64,000 nt of DNA, from contig OZ244960.1 in the NCBI GenBank assembly GCA_965222605.1, positions 3,744,001-3,808,000 of the forward strand, read 5' to 3'. This document shows, piece by piece, positions 58,729 through 64,000 of the stretch; the stretch's first letter is position 1; every line of letters begins with the position of its first letter. The DNA comes from Candidatus Latescibacterota bacterium (GTDB taxonomy: Bacteria > Latescibacterota > UBA2968). The translations under genes and the position numbers were made by a program. Under the pieces are notes generated by a model that saw nothing but the letters and a program-made list of their open reading frames with translations, did no database searches and had not been told where the DNA came from.

Positions 58729-59736
58729 ATGAAACATTTGATTTGGATAGTAGCTGTCGCGCTTTTTCTCAGCCCTCAAAGTGCCCTGGCCCAGGATGTG
58801 GAAGGCCTCGAGAATCTGGAACCCATAGCTGCGGAAGGGCACTTTCGCTCGGAAGGCGATAAGGGCAACCGCATTGCGCGCAGTGGCTTCGCGCTTTTGA
58901 AGATTTCGGCATCTGCACGCCTGGCAGGTATGGCCGATGCCAATGTGGGCACGTCGCGAGATATTCACTCGATATTCCAGAATGCAGCCGGATTGGTGCA
59001 TATCGACAATATGGCATATCTGGCCTCTTATAACGAGTGGCTGGTGGGCACCAAGATGGGGGCTGGGGGTTTTGCCTATCGCATTCCCGTGGGCGTTGTG
59101 GGTATTGCCTTCCGCACATTTACCTATCCCGATGTGGAAGAGACCACGCCCTTGCAACCCGATGGCACGGGTCGCACTATCCAACTCGGAGATTTTTCGG
59201 TTGCGGCGTCTTTTGCCAAGCAACTGACCGATAAGTTTTCGCTCGGTTTTCGCCTGCGCTATGTGCGGTCACAGCTTCATATCATCAATGTGAGTTCCAC
59301 GACTTTTGACATTGGCACGATCTTTTACACGGGTTTCAAGAGTCTGCGCGTGGGCATGACCATCAGCAACCTGGGTGGCAATAAGGAAGTGCTGACCGAG
59401 GATTATCGCCTGCCGTTTTTCTACAATCTGGCTGTTGCGATGGAATTGCTTGGCAAGCAGGGCGATCCGCTTTATCTGACGGCTGCTTATGAGCATGTGT
59501 TTTTCCGCGATTATGGAGAGCGCGATCACATTGGTGGTGAGTTGTGGATACAAAATCTGCTGGCACTTCGCGCCGGTTATAAGTTCAAGTACGATGTGGA
59601 GAGCTGGAGCGTGGGGGCGGGTGTGAATCTCAGTGTGAGCGAAGAGCGCAAGATTAGTGTGGATGTTTCGTATAGCGATATCGGCGGTGTGATCAAAGAG
59701 CGACCGCTGCGTTTGACGCTTTCGGGAACCTTCTAA
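58729..59736 (+). CDS. PorV/PorQ family outer-membrane protein
   Basis: FALLKISASARLAGMADA, SIFQNAAGL, FDIGTIFYTG, LALRAGY. Confidence 0.82.
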   Translation: MKHLIWIVAVALFLSPQSALAQDVEGLENLEPIAAEGHFRSEGDKGNRIARSGFALLKISASARLAGMADANVGTSRDIHSIFQNAAGLVHIDNMAYLASYNEWLVGTKMGAGGFAYRIPVGVVGIAFRTFTYPDVEETTPLQPDGTGRTIQLGDFSVAASFAKQLTDKFSLGFRLRYVRSQLHIINVSSTTFDIGTIFYTGFKSLRVGMTISNLGGNKEVLTEDYRLPFFYNLAVAMELLGKQGDPLYLTAAYEHVFFRDYGERDHIGGELWIQNLLALRAGYKFKYDVESWSVGAGVNLSVSEERKISVDVSYSDIGGVIKERPLRLTLSGTF

Positions 59737-59759
59737 AGATGAACAGGAGGAATCACAAG

Positions 59760-61085
59760 ATGCGTAAGTTTTTATTATTTTGTCTGATTGGTGTGTTGGG
59801 CGCGGCGGGATGTACTCGAGATATCCCAACTGAGCCTGCCGAAGAGTGGCGCGGCAGCTACCGGCTGATTTCTGGGACGAATGGTGGAAGTGCCATAGAT
59901 GTTGCGGACCCGCCTCATGGCACGCCCCGGCATATCATTTTTACGGCACCAGCAGCAGATTATGGCACGGTGGTATTTGTGTATAATCCGCCGCTTACAG
60001 CACCGCCAATGGCCTCGGTGACGTATGAGAAGACCATGCGGCATTATTGGCGTTCAGTAGATGGCACGCGCGACCAGCTTCGCATTGAATATGTTCAAAA
60101 CAATAGGGAGCGCATCCGGTTGTCGCTCGGTGCATTTTATATTTGGCAGAGCACTCCCAGGTTGCCGCTGGCCGGTGAATTTCCCAACGATATACGCAAT
60201 GTCTATAACAGTCCGTTTCCGCCGAATGCGTCTCAGGCATTGAACCAGCCCCATACTTTGATACGCCTGCTGCCCGGAGCCGAGGAACATAGTAATGTGA
60301 GGGTGTTGGGTAATGGGCGCATTCGCATTTCGATTGCCAACGATCAGAGGCCAGACAACCGCTCGTTTGATAATCGCAACAACCGAACAGCCATTTGTTT
60401 CCAGAGTCCATGGCCGTGGGAAGATCCCCGCCCCCATCGCATGATGATGTGGGTGCAGGACGGTCAAGGCGTACGCTATGGCATGTATGCCCCCCCGGCT
60501 GATGTGGTTGCCGAACTGGAGGACCATTCGCCACCGTATTCCGGCACATGGTTTTTGCAAGATTCTCATCTCAATGGCACGTGGATGGATCCCGAAGCCC
60601 CATTCCCGAGTATTCCGGCTTCACTGGATATCCAGTGGATACCTGTTCTGGAGCGGCGCAGTCCTCGCCACCGCGCGCCATCTGGCCATGTGCCAGCCGC
60701 TGGCGTGGTGGATCCCCTCGTCGAGAATGGCGTGGTCATAGAACAGGGTTTGGTGGAAATCACGTTTGCCAGGCCGCTTGAGTTTTCCACGCACGCCGAT
60801 GAAGCCCGGTTCTTCAACAGACGCGCGGGATATGTTGTTCAAAATGGCGTGCCCGTGCTCAATGGCACATTGCGGGGTGGTTCGCCTGATGGCGTGAATC
60901 TGACTTATGTGACGGCGTCCGATGTGGATTTCAGCAAAGAGGGCGATATTTTGACCGTGAATCTGACGCAGGGCGGCGGGTCTTATATCCTGCAATACAG
61001 GCAAGCCCCTTTGAATCCTCAGCAACTGGAAGGCTTTGGGGTTGACTCGATTGTTGTGAAGCCCGTTCCGGCAGATTTGTTCTGA
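59760..61085 (+). CDS. Hypothetical lipoprotein
   Basis: MRKFLLFCLIGVLGAAGC lipobox; AGGAGG RBS. Confidence 0.7.
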   Translation: MRKFLLFCLIGVLGAAGCTRDIPTEPAEEWRGSYRLISGTNGGSAIDVADPPHGTPRHIIFTAPAADYGTVVFVYNPPLTAPPMASVTYEKTMRHYWRSVDGTRDQLRIEYVQNNRERIRLSLGAFYIWQSTPRLPLAGEFPNDIRNVYNSPFPPNASQALNQPHTLIRLLPGAEEHSNVRVLGNGRIRISIANDQRPDNRSFDNRNNRTAICFQSPWPWEDPRPHRMMMWVQDGQGVRYGMYAPPADVVAELEDHSPPYSGTWFLQDSHLNGTWMDPEAPFPSIPASLDIQWIPVLERRSPRHRAPSGHVPAAGVVDPLVENGVVIEQGLVEITFARPLEFSTHADEARFFNRRAGYVVQNGVPVLNGTLRGGSPDGVNLTYVTASDVDFSKEGDILTVNLTQGGGSYILQYRQAPLNPQQLEGFGVDSIVVKPVPADLF

Positions 61086-61095
61086 GAAGAGAGAA

Positions 61096-61140
61096 TTGTA
61101 TAAAGTTGTATAGTGTTGTATATAATTGTATAATTGTATT
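61096..61140. repeat. Degenerate TTGTATA repeats
   Basis: About five TTGTAT(A) units. Confidence 0.5.
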
Positions 61141-61166
61141 GTTCCATTAGGCATTGTGATATATTT

Positions 61167-61356
61167 TATATACTGATGTTACGCATGTCAGGCGTTTTGT
61201 CATGCTGAGCGGAGTGGAACGGAGCCGAAGCATCTGTTCCACCTGCGTTAGTAGTAGATGAACTGCTATCGCAGTTGTACACCGCTCCTTCGACTACGCT
61301 ACGCTCAGAATGACAGGCACATTATATTGTGCCTATGCGTAACGTTCAGTTATATA
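61167..61356. mobile_element. MITE/REPIN-like element containing an inverted REP doublet
   Basis: Outer IR TATATACTGATGTTACGCAT / ATGCGTAACGTTCAGTTATATA; inner GTCATGCTGAGCGGAG..GAAGCATCT / CTTCGACT..GCTCAGAATGAC. Confidence 0.7.
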
Positions 61357-61403
61357 GAAGACTTTTATACTATTCCCACTGGGAATTTTCAAGGAGGTTT
61401 GCT

Positions 61404-63191
61404 ATGCTATTTCGCCTTTCACTCATTGTTCTGTGTTGCGGCGCGCTGCTTGCGGGTGCGGCGAATGCTGAATTGCAACTGCCCTACAAGGCAGAGGGGC
61501 TGAGTAAGGAGCAGGCTGCAGCGTATCTTCTGGAGCGTTTTGCCTTTGGTGCGCGTCCAGGTGAAGTGGAAAAAGTGGTGCAGATGGGGCCAGAGAAATG
61601 GCTGGCACAGCAGTTGGCAGGCAATTTGTCGGATGCGGCGTTGGATAAACGATTGGAAGCATTTCCCGCGTTGAAAATGACGCAGTCTGAGATGGCCGCA
61701 GTTTATTTGCAAAATGGCCGGCTTCGCAATATGATGAAGAAAGAGGGGATAATTGATCCCGCAAAGACGCCTCGCAAAGAGATGAATGAAAAGATGAAAG
61801 CGTATCGCGAGAAGCACGGGTTGCGTCCTTATGGCGTGCTTTCCAATCAGGAACTGAAGGGTCAGAAGGTGATGCGGGCGGTGTATAGCGAGAACCAGCT
61901 CACCGAGGTGATGACGGATTTCTGGTTTAATCATTTCAATGTGACCACGCGCGATGGTGGGGCGCGCAGTCGCACGCTTTCTTATGAGCGCGATGCGATT
62001 CGCCCCAATGTGTTGGGCAATTTCCGCACGATTTTGGGTGCGACGGCCAAGCATCCGGCGATGTTGTATTATCTGGACAATGCACAGTCGCGTATGGCAC
62101 CGCCAGAGCAGCAGAATCAGCCCAAGCCCGAGCCTGTGAAGGAGATGGCAGCAGGCGAGATGGGTATGGATGGCGGTATGGATGGTGGGATGATGGGTGA
62201 GACGGCAAAGGCTCCTGAAAAGGCTCCCGCAAAGGCGCAGACGCCTCCAAGACGCAAGCGCAAGTACGGTTTGAATGAGAATTATGCGCGCGAGTTGATG
62301 GAGTTGCACACCCTGGGCGTGGATGGTGGGTACACGCAGCGTGATGTTACCGAGGTTGCGCGTGTGTTGACCGGATGGGCTGCGGCGCCTTATGGCAATG
62401 GGCGAAAAAATATCGACAAGCAAATCGCCAGGGGCAGTAAAAACATCATTCGTCAGGGCGAATTTGTATTCCGCACATCCTGGCACGATCAAAATGCCAA
62501 GGTGGCGTTGGGTGAGACATTCCCCGCAGGAGGTGGTATAGAAGAGGGCGAGCGCGTTTTGGATATGCTGTCTAAGCACCCTTCAACCGCGCGGTTTATT
62601 TCGACCAAGTTGGCGCGTCGGTTTGTCAACGATGTACCGTCAGATGATCTGATTGATCAGATAGCCGAAACCTTTACCAGGACCGACGGGGATATCGCTG
62701 CTGTGGTGGCTACATTGGCTCAGTCCCGCGTGTTTTGGGTCGAGGCGAAAAAGCGCAGCAAGATGAAGTCGCCGTTTGAGCTGGTGGTGAGTTCTCTTCG
62801 CGCATTGGAAGCGGATGTGAAGAATCCGCAGCCGATGATGACCTGGTTTAACCGCATGGGCGAGCCCCTGTATGGTTATTTGCCGCCTACGGGTTTTCCG
62901 GATTATGCCGAGTCGTGGGCAAATTCGGGTACGCTGATCGCGCGAATGAATTTCGGCGTGCGTCTGGCTACGGGTAGAATTAACGGGGTGACGCTGAAGC
63001 GATTGTCCAGGGATAGCGATGGTCTGACAACGGATGAGGCATTGGCGATGTATAGCAAGTTGCTATTGCCGGCACAGGATACCAGTGCTATTGCGTCCGA
63101 GGTGAAAGAGACGATTCCAGATGATGCCGAACGCAAAGATATTCATGTGGTTAGTATGTTGCTGGGGTCGCCGGAATTTCAATACCGATAA
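61404..63191 (+). CDS. DUF1800 family exported protein
   Basis: QLTEVMTDFWFNHFNV, HPAMLYYLDN, NENYARELMELHTLG, HPSTARFISTKLARRF, SPEFQYR. Confidence 0.92.
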   Translation: MLFRLSLIVLCCGALLAGAANAELQLPYKAEGLSKEQAAAYLLERFAFGARPGEVEKVVQMGPEKWLAQQLAGNLSDAALDKRLEAFPALKMTQSEMAAVYLQNGRLRNMMKKEGIIDPAKTPRKEMNEKMKAYREKHGLRPYGVLSNQELKGQKVMRAVYSENQLTEVMTDFWFNHFNVTTRDGGARSRTLSYERDAIRPNVLGNFRTILGATAKHPAMLYYLDNAQSRMAPPEQQNQPKPEPVKEMAAGEMGMDGGMDGGMMGETAKAPEKAPAKAQTPPRRKRKYGLNENYARELMELHTLGVDGGYTQRDVTEVARVLTGWAAAPYGNGRKNIDKQIARGSKNIIRQGEFVFRTSWHDQNAKVALGETFPAGGGIEEGERVLDMLSKHPSTARFISTKLARRFVNDVPSDDLIDQIAETFTRTDGDIAAVVATLAQSRVFWVEAKKRSKMKSPFELVVSSLRALEADVKNPQPMMTWFNRMGEPLYGYLPPTGFPDYAESWANSGTLIARMNFGVRLATGRINGVTLKRLSRDSDGLTTDEALAMYSKLLLPAQDTSAIASEVKETIPDDAERKDIHVVSMLLGSPEFQYR

Positions 63192-63211
63192 ATCGGAAAG
63201 GAGATAGCATT

Positions 63212-64000
63212 ATGGAATGGAATCGAAGAGCATTTATGAAGGGCAGCGGATTGGCCTTGTTTTCGGCATCGTTTGGCGGTACGCCGCTGTTCTTGAGCCG
63301 TGCGGCTGATGCTGCGAATAATCCGCTGGCACATAGCCGTCGCAAAGTGCTGGTGACGATTTTCCAGCGCGGGGCAATGGATGGGTTGATGGCGGTGACG
63401 CCATTTAACGATACCGCCCTTGCCGAGGCGCGCCCCAATTTGTTTATGAATTTGACCGATCCGGAAAACAAGCTGACGGATCTGGATGGTCGGTTTGCAT
63501 TGCATCCCTCTCTTGTGGAACTGGCACCGCTGTACAAGGAAGGTCGTCTGGCTATTGTACACGGTATAGGTTCGCCGAATAAGACGCGGTCGCACTTTGA
63601 TGCGCAGGATTACATGGAGAATGGGACGCCTGGTGTGAAAGGGACGACGTCGGGTTGGCTCAATCGGGCTGTGGGTTTGCTCGGTCACGAGGGCACGCCC
63701 TTCCGGTCTGTGGCATTGACGAAAGCATTACCGCGCTCATTTTACGGGAAGACGCCTTCGATTGCAGTGGATGATTTGCGTTCCTTTGGCATTCAGGTGC
63801 CGAATAATCCGCAGGCGACCGAACAGATGGAGGCAGGGTTTGAGTCGATGTATGCGCGGAGTGCCAAACGTCTGGTTCAGAAGGTGAGCACAGAGAGTTT
63901 TGAAGCGATTGAGATGTTGGAAAAAATCGGTGTGAGGAATTACAAACCCGTTGAGGGCGCGAAATATCCCAATACAGCATTGGGTCGTCGGATGCAACAG
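63212..64000 (+). CDS. DUF1501 family Tat-exported protein (3' truncated)
   Basis: NRRAFMK Tat motif, LVTIFQRGAMDGL, LHPSL, TRSHFDAQDYMENG, GWLNR; follows DUF1800. Confidence 0.9.
   Translation, partial: MEWNRRAFMKGSGLALFSASFGGTPLFLSRAADAANNPLAHSRRKVLVTIFQRGAMDGLMAVTPFNDTALAEARPNLFMNLTDPENKLTDLDGRFALHPSLVELAPLYKEGRLAIVHGIGSPNKTRSHFDAQDYMENGTPGVKGTTSGWLNRAVGLLGHEGTPFRSVALTKALPRSFYGKTPSIAVDDLRSFGIQVPNNPQATEQMEAGFESMYARSAKRLVQKVSTESFEAIEMLEKIGVRNYKPVEGAKYPNTALGRRMQQ

Noticed and set aside
1-64000. CRISPR array, rRNA or tRNA genes
   Set aside because: No regularly spaced repeat-spacer array and no recognisable rRNA or tRNA seen; the repeats are dispersed REPs or intragenic

Overview
Bacterial chromosomal window of roughly 50% GC from a diderm organism. 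LptE, PorV-like and TonB-dependent receptor genes, dockerin-like C-termini and a DUF6785-type transporter suggest the FCB group, e.g. Latescibacterota/Gemmatimonadota-like (inference only). It carries housekeeping genes (prpD, yebC-ruvCAB-tsaB-rimI, cysK, ilvB, pheST, aspS), a form II cox-type SLMG cluster, two ECF sigma loci, tandem TonB-dependent receptors, an OMP/TBDR/CTD-cargo/PorV locus, one IS5 element and many REP/MITE-like repeats. Several signals are missing from the ORF track. (1) An Asn/Asp leader-peptide attenuator (NNNDDNN) precedes an archaeal-type aspartyl-tRNA synthetase. (2) A Phe T-box riboswitch controls an archaeal/eukaryotic-type pheST. (3) A secreted redoxin selenoprotein (UxxC plus SECIS-like hairpin) is split by IS5. 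(4) There is an Ile/Val/Leu/Thr attenuator on ilvB, and a third attenuator of unknown signal on a VOC gene. (5) A membrane-tethered ECF sigma carries three T9SS-CTD-like repeats. (6) Three palindromic operators abut an AAA-DUF4143 gene. No rRNA, tRNA or CRISPR array was seen. All family calls come from motif recognition by eye, not database searches.
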